Positions 10,260 to 19,712 of a stretch of DNA of 64,000 nt are shown piece after piece (position 1 is the stretch's first letter; each line of letters starts with the position of its first letter). The DNA is from an uncultured Nitrospiraceae bacterium. Its GTDB lineage: Bacteria; Nitrospirota; Thermodesulfovibrionia; Thermodesulfovibrionales; Dissulfurispiraceae. The notes beneath the pieces are model-generated. The model was not told the DNA's origin. It was given only the letters and a program-made list of their open reading frames with translations, and searched no databases. The translations under genes and the position numbers were made by a program. The stretch lies in assembly GCA_963705105.1 (NCBI GenBank), contig CAVPIW010000009.1:128001-192000 (forward strand), read 5' to 3'.

Positions 10260-10368
10260 GAGTGTAAAGATCACCGACAGGTCACTTTAGAGATGTTGTC
10301 CCGCAATGCAGCGTTTTGAAGGCCTCTCGGTTCGTCATTGTGGGGGGAGAGTGTAAAGATAACCGACA
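10260..10368. promoter_or_regulatory. Two TGT-N11-ACA enhancer-like sites
   Basis: gagTGTaaagat(c/a)accgACA at 10260-10279 and 10349-10368, 19/20 identical. Confidence 0.65.
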
Positions 10369-10819
10369 CCGGCGAACGTCACTCTCTTCACCTGTATGTA
10401 TCAGCTTATGACATTCTTACCTGACTACAGGTCCGCCCGGTCTCAGGCACCCGGAGCGACAAACGGTCATTCCTGAAGGAGACCGACGACTTCGAGAAAG
10501 GGGAAAAGGTGAAAATCCGTAACACGGGGGCAGATTCGCCGGATCGTGTTCCGTGGATGTCAGCGTCCCGGCCAATACGTATTCCGAGACTGTCCATGGC
10601 GGCAAAGGGCATCCCTTTTCAGGCAGGCTTGATTTCTCACGTCAGTACCAAATATCATATTCCGAGAAGCTGACGGAGTACCGCGTTACAGAAAACCGCC
10701 CCAGTGACCGTTCCCGCGGTTTTTGCGACATCTCCTCACTGACTTCGACAACCGGCCGGGACCATTGTCCCTTCGACAATGAGCCTTCACGTACGAATAT
10801 CCCTTTCAAGGAGGACAGG

Positions 10820-11149
10820 ATGTCAAAAAGGATTTACGTGGGAAATCTTCCCTACCAGGCTGATGAGGAAGCGCTGAAAGAAATCTTCGCCGCTATCGGG
10901 GAAGTGCAGTCAGTGAGGATAATCAAGGATGAAACCGGGCGTTCCAAGGGATTCGGGTTCGTCGAAATGACGTCGGACGATGATGCCGACTCGGCCATTT
11001 CCTCTCTTAACGGCACCCCGTTCATGGGCAGGAACATCGTCGTCAACGAAGCGAGACCGCAGACCGGCAGGGGAAGACCGGGCGGTCCGGGCGGCGGAGG
11101 ACAGAGAAAGGGCTACGGAAGAGGCAGGGAATCGGAATCGTGGAGATAA
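10820..11149 (+). CDS. RRM RNA-binding protein with Gly-rich tail
   Basis: RNP2 IYVGNL, RNP1 KGFGFVEM, VVNEARP; RBS aggagg before ATG 10820. Confidence 0.95.
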   Translation: MSKRIYVGNLPYQADEEALKEIFAAIGEVQSVRIIKDETGRSKGFGFVEMTSDDDADSAISSLNGTPFMGRNIVVNEARPQTGRGRPGGPGGGGQRKGYGRGRESESWR

Positions 11150-11309
11150 GAACGGGCCGGACCCTGTAAGACCAGCCGCTCAGAGGCCCGAAGGTCGTCT
11201 CCGTCATGGAGCCCGGATCGGGCACGTGCGGTGAGGATGACAGCGCAAAGAGGAGTGACACGCGCCTGTCAGGAAGGGGGAACAGCACGCATGGTAAAAG
11301 GGGGCTGCC

Positions 11310-11537
11310 TTGGCTAAACGCGCAGGAGCATACAGAAGCGAGAAGAGAAAAAAGGAAATATTGCGTCAGAAGAAACAGGAAGAGAAGAGACTGAAGCGTT
11401 TTAAGAAAGAATCCGGGGAGGAAGAGACGGAAGGGGCGGAAGGGTCGACGCCTGAAAGCGGCGAGCAGGCGGAATCATCCGAGGAGTCATCAACCTCATC
11501 GCCGGAGGAAACGGGAAATCAGAAGGAAGAATCCTGA
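11310..11537 (+). CDS. Small charged hypothetical protein
   Basis: TTG start after aggggg; basic N-half, acidic/Ser-rich C-half. Confidence 0.6.
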   Translation: MAKRAGAYRSEKRKKEILRQKKQEEKRLKRFKKESGEEETEGAEGSTPESGEQAESSEESSTSSPEETGNQKEES

Positions 11538-11649
11538 TAAGACCGCGCTCCTGCATGGCCGGTCTTATCAGGAAAGGAATGACTCGGGGATGAGTTCTCA
11601 CTCCTGATGCATCATCAGTTCTCCCGTCGTTGCTCACCGTTTTTTCTTT

Positions 11650-12831
11650 TCAGCTCCTCTGATCGATTGCGTCGTAGGAACACCCGTAGAGACCGCAGTA
11701 GTATCCCACATAATCGGACTCGGGACGATAGAGGGCCGGCTTTTCCTGGGCATCGCCGAACTTCTCCTCTATGATGTGGGCGCACCATCCCGCAGACCTT
11801 GAGATGACAAAAAGGGGTGTCATGAGGTCGCCGGGTATCCCCATGAGGTGATAGAAGAGGGCGCTGTAAAAGTCGACATTCGGCTTGATCGTTGTCTTGC
11901 CCCTCCGCTCGAACTCCGTGATCGCCGTTTCTTCGATTTGTGAGGACAGCCGGTACCACCGTTCCCGGCCGAGCCTTTTGCCAAGATCGAGAGACATCCT
12001 TTTGAGGACGTTGGCCCGGGGATCGTTTGTCTTGTAAACGGCGTGTCCCATCCCCATGATCTTGATCCCCTGGTCCAGTTGCCGCCTGACCCATCCCGGA
12101 ACGTCGGCTTCACTCTCAAGATCGAGCAGCATCTTCACGACCTGCGCATTGGCGCCTCCGTGCAGACTGCCCGAGAGGGCGCCGATGCCCGCCGCGACGC
12201 CTGCGTACATGTGAGCGCGTGTCGAGACGACTTCACGGCATGCAAAGGTGGAGGCATTGAAGGTATGGTCGGCGTGAAGGATAAGACAGACGTCGAACCC
12301 GCGGGCCGCTTGTTCATCCGGTTCCGCCCCCTGGAGGAGCCAGAGAAAGTTGCCGGCATGGGATAAACTCCCGTCAGGACGGAGGGGCTCCAGCCCGTTC
12401 CGTATCCGGTGCCAGGCGGCGACGAGGACGGGCAGGCGCGCGATGATCCTGACGGCCTTCCGCATGTTCGCATCCCGCGAATCATCATGAAGGTCGGGGT
12501 CGGCCATGGCGAGGATAGGGATCGAGGCCTGCAGCACATCCATAGGGTGAGCATCGCGCGGCCATTTCGACAGGCTCTCGGTGACGAAGGCGGGTACCTC
12601 TCTCGCCCCGGCGAGCTGCGAGGAGAATTCCTTCAACTGTGCGTCGCTCGGCAAAAGGCCGTGCAGCAGCAGATAGGCCGTTTCTTCGAAGGTCGAGTTT
12701 TCCGCAAGGTCTTCGATCCGGTATCCCCGGTAGATGAGCACGCCCTGCTCACCGTCGATGAAGCTGATTTTCGTGTCCGCCACGGTGATGCCCCGCAGCC
12801 CGACGTTTTTGAACTTCACTTCTTCACTCAT
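11650..12831 (-). CDS. gltA: Citrate synthase
   Basis: GLRGI, LIYRGY, HADHTFNAST, LHGGAN, MGMGHAVY..DPR, NVDFYS. Confidence 0.93.
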   Translation of the reverse strand: MSEEVKFKNVGLRGITVADTKISFIDGEQGVLIYRGYRIEDLAENSTFEETAYLLLHGLLPSDAQLKEFSSQLAGAREVPAFVTESLSKWPRDAHPMDVLQASIPILAMADPDLHDDSRDANMRKAVRIIARLPVLVAAWHRIRNGLEPLRPDGSLSHAGNFLWLLQGAEPDEQAARGFDVCLILHADHTFNASTFACREVVSTRAHMYAGVAAGIGALSGSLHGGANAQVVKMLLDLESEADVPGWVRRQLDQGIKIMGMGHAVYKTNDPRANVLKRMSLDLGKRLGRERWYRLSSQIEETAITEFERRGKTTIKPNVDFYSALFYHLMGIPGDLMTPLFVISRSAGWCAHIIEEKFGDAQEKPALYRPESDYVGYYCGLYGCSYDAIDQRS

Positions 12832-12844
12832 ACCTCCCCCTTTT

Positions 12845-14806
12845 TCATGATGCTCCCGTCGATTTTGAGGACCGTCTCAGCTCGTCCCTGACGTAATTGA
12901 GAGTGCCCCCGGCAAGCAGATGCCTCCGCTCCAGGACCGACACATCGAGCAGGGTCACAACCGTGAAGCCCCCAACGACAGCGGGTATTTCCCTGTCGCC
13001 CCTTTCGATCCGTCTTCTCACCTCGGGGAAGGTAATGATCGACCCCTCGGGTATGCGGTCGTAATCATCCCTGTCTCTGAAGACAAGGGGAAGAATGCCG
13101 AAATTGCAGAGATTCGACCGGTGGATGCGGGCAAAGCTCCTGGCTATCTTCACCCGGACGCCGAGGTACCGCGGCGCCAGCGCGGCGTGCTCCCTGCTGG
13201 ACCCCTGACCGTAGTTCTCACCACCGATGACGACAACGTTCTTTTTATCACGGCACTTTTGGTGGAAATCGGGATCAACGGGCGAAAAGGTATACACGCT
13301 TATTGCATCGATGTTCGAGCGGAGGGGAAGGATCTTGTTGCCGGCAGGCAAAATCGTGTCCGTCGAGATGTTGTCTCCGACCTTGAGCACGACCTCGGCC
13401 TCCAGGGTCTCCGGCAGGGCATCGAGCTCGGGTATCGGTTTTATATTGGGCCCCCGGACTATTTCCGTATGCCTGAGATTTTCGGACGGGAAAATAATGG
13501 ACGACTCATCGACGATGTATGGTTGCGGATCGCTGATGCGCGGATAGTTCATGTCTTTGCCCAGATCACGGGGGTCCGTGATGACCCCTGTCAGGGCCGC
13601 TGCAGCGGCCGTTTCAGGGGAGCAGAGGAAGACACGATCGTCTTTCGTGCCTGAGCGGCCGGGAAAATTTCGGGGAAAGGTCCGGAGGCTCACCTGTCCC
13701 GTTCCCGGGGCCTGCCCCATGCCGATGCACCCGAGGCAGCCGGGCTCATGGATGCGCGCCCCCGCCGTAAGAAGAGCGACGAGTCCGCCCTGAGCCGCCA
13801 CGTTGATCATGACCTGCCGGCTTCCGGGGTTGATGTGCAGCGACACGTCATCATGGCAGTGGCGACCATCGAGGATCTTCGCGACGACCATGAGATCGCG
13901 GAAGGATGAGTTGACGCTGCTGCCGACGATGACCTGATCGACCCTGATGCCCGAGACCTCCCGGACGGCAACGACGTTCCCCGGAGAAGAGGGTTTGGCG
14001 ATAAGTGGGTCGAGCTTTGAAAGATCGATTTCATCGTGCTCATCATAGGCTGCTCCGTCGTCCGCTTCAAGACCGATCCAGCTCCCGCCCCGTCCCTGTG
14101 CCTGCAGGTAGGACTTCGCGTTTTCGTCGGAGGGAAAGACGGTTGACGTGGCGCCGAGTTCGGTCCCCATGTTCCCGATCGTTTCCCTGTCCGTTGCCGA
14201 CAGGCACTTGACGCCCGGTCCGTAATACTCGATGATCTTTCCGACACATCCCCGCACGTCGTAGCGCCTCAGCATCTCGAGGATGATGTCCTTTGCGCTC
14301 ACCCAGGGAGGCAGCTCTCCCGTCAGCCGCACGCCGAGCACTTTCGGACAGGGCAGATGATAGGGGTATCCTGCCATGGCCAGGGCGACATCGAGTCCGC
14401 CGGCGCCGATCCCGAGCATCGATACCCCGGCGGCTCCCGGCGTATGGCTGTCGGCGCCAAGGAGTATCTTTCCCGGCACACCGAAACGCTCCATGTGCAC
14501 CTGATGGGACACCCCGTTGCCGGCGCCGCTGTAAATGATCCCGTAGCGGGCTGAAGCGGTCTGGAGGTAGCGGTGGTCGTCTGCGTTCTTGTTGTCCGTC
14601 TGGAGGATATTGTGGTCGACGTACTGCACGGCAAGGCCGATGCCGATACTGTCTATGCCGAGGGCCTCGAACTCGAGCAGCGCCATTGTCCCCGTCGCAT
14701 CCTGAAGGAGGGTCTGGTCGATGCGAAGGGAGATCTCGGTGCCGGGGACAAGCTCTCCCCCGGCGAGGTGTGACCCGAGGACCTTCTGGGTGAGGTTTTT
14801 CTTCAT
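12845..14806 (-). CDS. Aconitate hydratase
   Basis: QDATG, DHN, GADSHT, GSSVNS, CLGCIGMG, NRF-like PRNFPGR, GDNISTD, NYGQGSSREHAA; operon with citrate synthase. Confidence 0.92.
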   Translation of the reverse strand: MKKNLTQKVLGSHLAGGELVPGTEISLRIDQTLLQDATGTMALLEFEALGIDSIGIGLAVQYVDHNILQTDNKNADDHRYLQTASARYGIIYSGAGNGVSHQVHMERFGVPGKILLGADSHTPGAAGVSMLGIGAGGLDVALAMAGYPYHLPCPKVLGVRLTGELPPWVSAKDIILEMLRRYDVRGCVGKIIEYYGPGVKCLSATDRETIGNMGTELGATSTVFPSDENAKSYLQAQGRGGSWIGLEADDGAAYDEHDEIDLSKLDPLIAKPSSPGNVVAVREVSGIRVDQVIVGSSVNSSFRDLMVVAKILDGRHCHDDVSLHINPGSRQVMINVAAQGGLVALLTAGARIHEPGCLGCIGMGQAPGTGQVSLRTFPRNFPGRSGTKDDRVFLCSPETAAAAALTGVITDPRDLGKDMNYPRISDPQPYIVDESSIIFPSENLRHTEIVRGPNIKPIPELDALPETLEAEVVLKVGDNISTDTILPAGNKILPLRSNIDAISVYTFSPVDPDFHQKCRDKKNVVVIGGENYGQGSSREHAALAPRYLGVRVKIARSFARIHRSNLCNFGILPLVFRDRDDYDRIPEGSIITFPEVRRRIERGDREIPAVVGGFTVVTLLDVSVLERRHLLAGGTLNYVRDELRRSSKSTGAS

Positions 14807-14994
14807 TGCCTCTCCGGGGACTCCGTATTTCACTTTCATTCTATCACAAAAAAGCTAAAGCTGTGATAACAATGTGAACAGGGCTCCTGAGGTGCAGGCG
14901 AGAGAGGACAGAGTGAGGGAGACCGGCCCTTTCCGGCTCCAGATCCCCCTGATCCCGGGTTGACGTCTCTGATTGCTGTAAGCGGGGGATACCC

Positions 14995-15792
14995 TTAGGA
15001 TGAAGGCACCCTGATTGTGTACCGGTACGGAGGCGTCTTGCCGGTCTGCAGGGCAGGATTAAGATTCCTTATTTCTTTAACGGTCGTGCTGTGCTTTTTT
15101 GCGATTGTTGCAAGATGGATGGAGCTGTCGGTGACGATTTCCCGGTGGGCCTTCTTTTTTTCAGGTTCCGGTCCGTCCGTTTCGATCCCATATCGTTCCG
15201 GGTCGTTTGCGATCGTATAGGCGGCCATGAGGTAGGGCACATACCGCTTGGTAATCGGCGAGAAGCCCCGGGCGGTGTATATGTCCGAGACTCCCCGGAG
15301 CTTGCCGGCCCCCGCATTGTATGCGATCAGGGTGAGGTCCCAGGAGCCGAACATGGAATAGAGGTCCCTCAGGTATGCCGCGGCGGCGTAGGTTGATTTC
15401 ACCGGGTCTTTGCGCTCATCGACATACCGGTCGATCCTGAGGCCGTAGCTCCGGGCGGTGCTCCTCACGAACTGCCAGAGGCCCGCCGTACCCCCCGGAC
15501 CGATGGACCAGGGAGAATATCCGCTCTCGATCATGGGCAAGTAGGCGATCTCTGCGGGGATGCCCTTTTCGCTGAAGATGCCCTTGACCATGTCGATATA
15601 ATGGTATGAATTTTCGAGACGGACCTTGAAGGTCTCGGGGATTTTTTCGGCGAAGAAAACGATGGCCCTGTCGTAAATCGAGCTTGTGTGCTCGGCATGG
15701 CGAACGTCGTGAAGCTCCTGTGCGGCGCCGGCTGCAAGGGGCGTCCACAGGCAGCCTAGCATGAGGCAGAGAGATATGAAAATTTTTGTCAT
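14995..15792 (-). CDS. Lytic transglycosylase (MltD-like SLT + LysM)
   Basis: LPMIESGY, AGLWQF, AYNAG; C-terminal LysM (IAKKHSTTVKEIRNLN). Confidence 0.9.
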   Translation of the reverse strand: MTKIFISLCLMLGCLWTPLAAGAAQELHDVRHAEHTSSIYDRAIVFFAEKIPETFKVRLENSYHYIDMVKGIFSEKGIPAEIAYLPMIESGYSPWSIGPGGTAGLWQFVRSTARSYGLRIDRYVDERKDPVKSTYAAAAYLRDLYSMFGSWDLTLIAYNAGAGKLRGVSDIYTARGFSPITKRYVPYLMAAYTIANDPERYGIETDGPEPEKKKAHREIVTDSSIHLATIAKKHSTTVKEIRNLNPALQTGKTPPYRYTIRVPSS

Positions 15793-16089
15793 GGTTTACC
15801 TCCGGATTTAGGACCTGCCGAAGCAGACTGAACTAATTGATACTAATGGATATTAGTCTTGGTGTATGTTTTTCTGGGCATTCTACTATAACCATTCTTT
15901 CCCTCCATGTCAACCCTAAGGGAACGAAGAGTGTCACAAAAATCTCCCTCTCTCGTTTTTTCAGAAATTCACGGGAAGCTATCCGGTCAAGATTCATCTG
16001 GTATAATTTAACTTGTACGGGGACGATGCGGAAACGGCATGTCGGAGAGTTCAGCATCTCACTCGGAAACGACAAGGAGGGACAGACAG

Positions 16090-16503
16090 ATGGGACTTCT
16101 CGATGACATTGTTCAGGGTGCGCTGGGAGGCCGGCAGGGCGGCGGAGAGGGAGGAAGCGGTCTGCTCAATATGGTGATGGGCCTCATCAACAGTCCCCAG
16201 GTGGGAGGACTTGCAGGACTTATAAACATGTTCACGAACAAGGGACTCGGCGATGTCGCCTCGTCCTGGGTCAGCACCGGCGAAAATATGCCCATCTCGG
16301 CGGAACAACTACGTAATGTGCTCGGCAGTGATCAGATCGAACAGATCGCCGGCCAACTGAATATACCCGGTCAGGACGCCCTGAGCGGGTTGACGAGCAT
16401 GCTGCCGCAGGTCGTCGACAAACTCACCCCTGACGGGCAGATCCCGGACGAAGGCGCGCTCGACCAGGGCCTCTCCCAGTTGAAGGAAAAGCTCTTCGGG
16501 TAA
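16090..16503 (+). CDS. YidB/DUF937 family protein
   Basis: MGLLD, GGLAGL, SSWVSTGENMPIS, LPQVVDKLTPDG. Confidence 0.9.
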   Translation: MGLLDDIVQGALGGRQGGGEGGSGLLNMVMGLINSPQVGGLAGLINMFTNKGLGDVASSWVSTGENMPISAEQLRNVLGSDQIEQIAGQLNIPGQDALSGLTSMLPQVVDKLTPDGQIPDEGALDQGLSQLKEKLFG

Positions 16504-16595
16504 GCATTCCGCCGGGCCGGCGAGAATGAACGGCAAGGGATCAGGGGGCATGAGGCAAGCCCCCCTGCCTTTGTTATGCATCTGTGAGGTATTAC

Positions 16596-17954
16596 TTACA
16601 GCACCCCCCGGTAGACTCTGTCGACCTTCCTGAAGATGCCCTCCCAGTTCATGGGTGCCAGGTGGCAAAGGACCGCGCCATGCCAATCGGGTTCGTCGCC
16701 GGCACAGCGATGAATCTGCCTGGTGATGGCTGCGGCAAGGTCTTCGACAAATGCAGGCAGTCCTGACGGGTCGGGCTCGTCAGGGCCTATGAGCGGCGGC
16801 AGTTGAACGCGATCAACGACGCCGAGGACGTCGAGGTCTCCGGGCAGCCAGTGATCCATACCCGGCAGGTCCGTCACGACGACACGGCAGCAGGAGGCGA
16901 GTGCCTCGAGCACCACGAGAGGAAGTCCCTCGTAGAAGGACGGCAGCACGAAGAGGTTGGCCTCTCTGAGCATATGGGCGAGCACCTCCTGGTGCACGGC
17001 GCCGAGAAAAACGACCGACTCGCCGTGCCGGGCCGCCTCCTCCTGTATCACCTTTCCCTCGTCTCCCCCGGCGGATCCGGCGAGGAGCAGTCGAATTTTT
17101 GTTCCCTGGGGAAACCGAACCCTGTCGAGCGCCTCGATCAGCCAGGGGACGCCCTTTGCCCTGCTGATCTTTCCCGCGTAGACGATATCGAAGGTCTTTG
17201 TCTGCTCCCCGTCGGACCATGAAAACTCGGGAGGACAAAAGATGTCGTCCCTGTACCCCGCGCCGACGACTTCGACGGCGTCAGTGCTGATGCCGTAACG
17301 GCTGATGATGCGCTCCCTGTGCTCTGCGTGAAGGGCCATGACCCGGTCGACCCGTGAACAGGCGGGGATCACGAACGGCGCAAGGTGAGGGGCGAGGTCG
17401 AGCTGCCGCAGTTCCGTCCCGTGACATGTCGTCACAATGGGGGTTTCCGGGAAAAGGACGCGCGCAAGGGCCGTCACGAGCCAGAGGTGATGAGAATGAA
17501 TGATGTCTGGGCGGAATTTCTCCTTCATATGCTTCAAAACGCCCCCGAAGGCATCGAGGTAGAGGTCGAGCATGTCCACGGTGAAGGCTGAAAACCGCGT
17601 GCTCTCGTAGGGCATGACATCGCTCATACCTGCCACGGAAAAGGGCAGGTCCGGGCCGCCGAACCTGACTGCATGCACGCGCGATTCTTCCAGGTGGGGC
17701 AAAGCGGGCATGACGGCATCGGCGGGGATGCCCGCGATGACCCTCTGCACGTACCCGGCCCGCGCCGCGTGGTGGACCATGGCCTGCAGATAGACGCCGC
17801 TGCCGGTCTTGCCCGGTTGCTGGGAGAGGAGATGGAGGATGCGGAGGGTCTGCGTCGCGCCGCCCTGCCGGTGCAAGGGGCGCTCAGCGCCTCCCGCATT
17901 CAGGAGGCGCCACGCCGGTGAACCCTGCACAGGCCAGTTAGCGGAGATCATCAC
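16596..17954 (-). CDS. Glycosyltransferase family 4
   Basis: YAGKISRAKG, FVLPSFYEGLPLVVLEALAS; true start may be downstream. Confidence 0.88.
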   Translation of the reverse strand: MMISANWPVQGSPAWRLLNAGGAERPLHRQGGATQTLRILHLLSQQPGKTGSGVYLQAMVHHAARAGYVQRVIAGIPADAVMPALPHLEESRVHAVRFGGPDLPFSVAGMSDVMPYESTRFSAFTVDMLDLYLDAFGGVLKHMKEKFRPDIIHSHHLWLVTALARVLFPETPIVTTCHGTELRQLDLAPHLAPFVIPACSRVDRVMALHAEHRERIISRYGISTDAVEVVGAGYRDDIFCPPEFSWSDGEQTKTFDIVYAGKISRAKGVPWLIEALDRVRFPQGTKIRLLLAGSAGGDEGKVIQEEAARHGESVVFLGAVHQEVLAHMLREANLFVLPSFYEGLPLVVLEALASCCRVVVTDLPGMDHWLPGDLDVLGVVDRVQLPPLIGPDEPDPSGLPAFVEDLAAAITRQIHRCAGDEPDWHGAVLCHLAPMNWEGIFRKVDRVYRGVL

Positions 17955-17960
17955 GACACC

Positions 17961-18776
17961 TCATCCGAATAGACGGCAGTCCGCGCAATGTGCCGCTCTG
18001 CAAATCCCTGCGATGCCCTGGTGGCAGAGGGCGAAATCGTACTTCAGGGGGTCTCGGGGATCGAGGCGCCTCAGGGATTCGGTGATGTCCAAGGCCATTT
18101 TCCAGTCCATGCTCCTCCTGTTCGTCAGGCCGATGCACAGGGCGATCCGGGCGATGTGCGTGTCCAGGGGGATGACAAGTCCATTCTTTGGGATGCCCTT
18201 CCAGATACCGAGGTCGATGTCCCGGTCTCTCACCACCCACCGGAGGAAAAGGCTCATCCTCTTGCAGGTACTGCCGTTTTCCGGCGACGGGAAAAACTGG
18301 AGGAACCCGGGGGGGCGCACGTCCGCTCCATAGACGGCAGAGGTGTCGATCGTGAGAATGGACCGGACGAACCCGGTCATCGCCCTCTCCGTGGTCACGT
18401 CGCCGGGACGGAAATGAGCCATGAAAAGGGCCTCCAGGCTGCCGTAGCTCCTCAGAACCATGGCGACGACGTGAAGGAAGCAGGTGATATCGTCGGTGTT
18501 GTTAAAGCGGTATTTCAGGTCTGACGAGAAACGACGGAGGTCACGGCGGTCTGCGTTCCTCAAAGCCTCATGGGGACTTCCTCCCATCCGGGACAGGATC
18601 GCGCCGACGACGGGCTTGAAGAGATCGACCCTACCGTATGCGAAGGAAGAGGCTATGAATGCCGCGATTTCGGTGTCCGCCCGGTTTGTGTACCGGTGGG
18701 GGAATTCAATGGGATCCTGCCGGAGCCGGCCCTCGAAGTCGAATGTCCTGTAGAGCCTGTCCAGCCGCCGCTTCAG
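17961..18776 (-). CDS. TIGR02757-family protein (probable CTG start)
   Basis: DPIEFPHRY..EIAAFIASSFAYG lies upstream of the first ATG (18587); STCKR..LFLRWVVR, DLGIW, IPLDTH, DPLKYDFAL. Confidence 0.85.
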   Translation of the reverse strand: MKRRLDRLYRTFDFEGRLRQDPIEFPHRYTNRADTEIAAFIASSFAYGRVDLFKPVVGAILSRMGGSPHEALRNADRRDLRRFSSDLKYRFNNTDDITCFLHVVAMVLRSYGSLEALFMAHFRPGDVTTERAMTGFVRSILTIDTSAVYGADVRPPGFLQFFPSPENGSTCKRMSLFLRWVVRDRDIDLGIWKGIPKNGLVIPLDTHIARIALCIGLTNRRSMDWKMALDITESLRRLDPRDPLKYDFALCHQGIAGICRAAHCADCRLFG

Positions 18777-18794
18777 GGACGTGACCGTAACGCC

Positions 18795-19292
18795 CTACCG
18801 GTAATTGACGAACTGGATGTGAATGCCGAAATCCGTTTCCTTGAACTTGGCAATGATCGCCTGGAGGTCGTCGAGCTTCTTTCCCCGCACCCTCACCTGG
18901 TCCTTCTGGATCTCGGCCGTCACCTTGAGCTTCATGTCCTTGATGATCTTGACCATCTCCTTGGCCTTCTCGGTGGGGATGCCCTGCTGGAGCGAGATGA
19001 CCTGCCTGACGGTGTTTCCGGCGGCCTGCTCAATCTTCCCGTACTGGAGGGCCTTCAGGGCGACGCCTCGCTTCACAAGCTTGGTCTGGAGGATGTCGAC
19101 GACGCTCTTCAGCTTAAGGTCATCGTCAGAAATGACAGTCAGCTCGCTTTTTCCCTTGTCAAGCTCGATGTCGCTCTTGCTTCCCTTGAAATCGAAGCGC
19201 TGACCTATCTCTTTCATCGCCTGGTTGACGGCATTCAGGACCTCCTGGAGATCCACAGTGCACGCGATGTCAAAGGTATGTTCTTCCGCCAT
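18795..19292 (-). CDS. yajQ: YajQ-family nucleotide/c-di-GMP-binding protein
   Basis: FDIACTVDLQE, RFDFKGS, QGIP..AK, IQKDQVRVRGKKLDDLQ, QFVNYR; RBS ggagga. Confidence 0.95.
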   Translation of the reverse strand: MAEEHTFDIACTVDLQEVLNAVNQAMKEIGQRFDFKGSKSDIELDKGKSELTVISDDDLKLKSVVDILQTKLVKRGVALKALQYGKIEQAAGNTVRQVISLQQGIPTEKAKEMVKIIKDMKLKVTAEIQKDQVRVRGKKLDDLQAIIAKFKETDFGIHIQFVNYR

Positions 19293-19313
19293 TGTCTCCT
19301 CCCTTTTCGATGA

Positions 19314-19499
19314 TCACGCGGTCGGCTTCCGCGACGTTTCCTTCATACTCTCCGCCGTCAATCGCAATAATTCCCGCGGATCGGGCTTGCAGACGGGACA
19401 GAACGGTTCCCCCAGGTCCAGGAGGCACACATGCCCTCATTCCGGACAGCAGATGCAGGCATGGACAGGCTCCCGGCAGACCGGACAGAGATCGGACAT
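19314..19499 (-). CDS. Putative small Cys-rich selenoprotein (61 aa; TGA at codon 21 read as Sec)
   Basis: MSDLCPVCREPVHACICCPE(U)GHVCLLDLGEPFCPVCKPDPRELLRLTAESMKETSRKPTA; TGA at 19437-19439; hairpin follows. Confidence 0.75.
19395..19436 (-). promoter_or_regulatory. Bacterial SECIS-like hairpin
   Basis: After UGA: GGGCA...CUCCU-GGACCU-GGGGG...UGUCC; G-initiated apical loop 17 nt from UGA. Confidence 0.6.
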
Positions 19500-19505
19500 G
19501 ACGAA

Positions 19506-19514
19506 ATTATACCA
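19506..19514 (-). promoter_or_regulatory. Extended -10 promoter (leaderless transcript)
   Basis: TGgTATAAT 6 nt upstream of ATG 19499; no SD. Confidence 0.65.
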
Positions 19515-19712
19515 CAGAGAGCGGCCGTGCGGCGGTCCCGCCCCGAGGGTGTTCATTTTCTCGCCTTTTCTTCGATAAATGATAGAGGAGCCTCATGCAG
19601 GCAGCAGGATTAATGCGTCCATGAATAAAACATTTGTAAAACCTATGCCGTTCCGTATTATGATACTGTGTGTACCGGTTTATCATCCCCGACAAAAGCA
19701 GGTGCGGTCCGT

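Noticed and set aside
10553..10819. N-terminal extension of the RRM protein
   Set aside because: Strong RBS and typical N-terminus at ATG 10820; upstream sequence is likely UTR
14850..14995. Possible ncRNA or riboswitch upstream of aconitase
   Set aside because: Purine-rich with short hairpins but no family motif I can recognise; needs an Infernal/Rfam search
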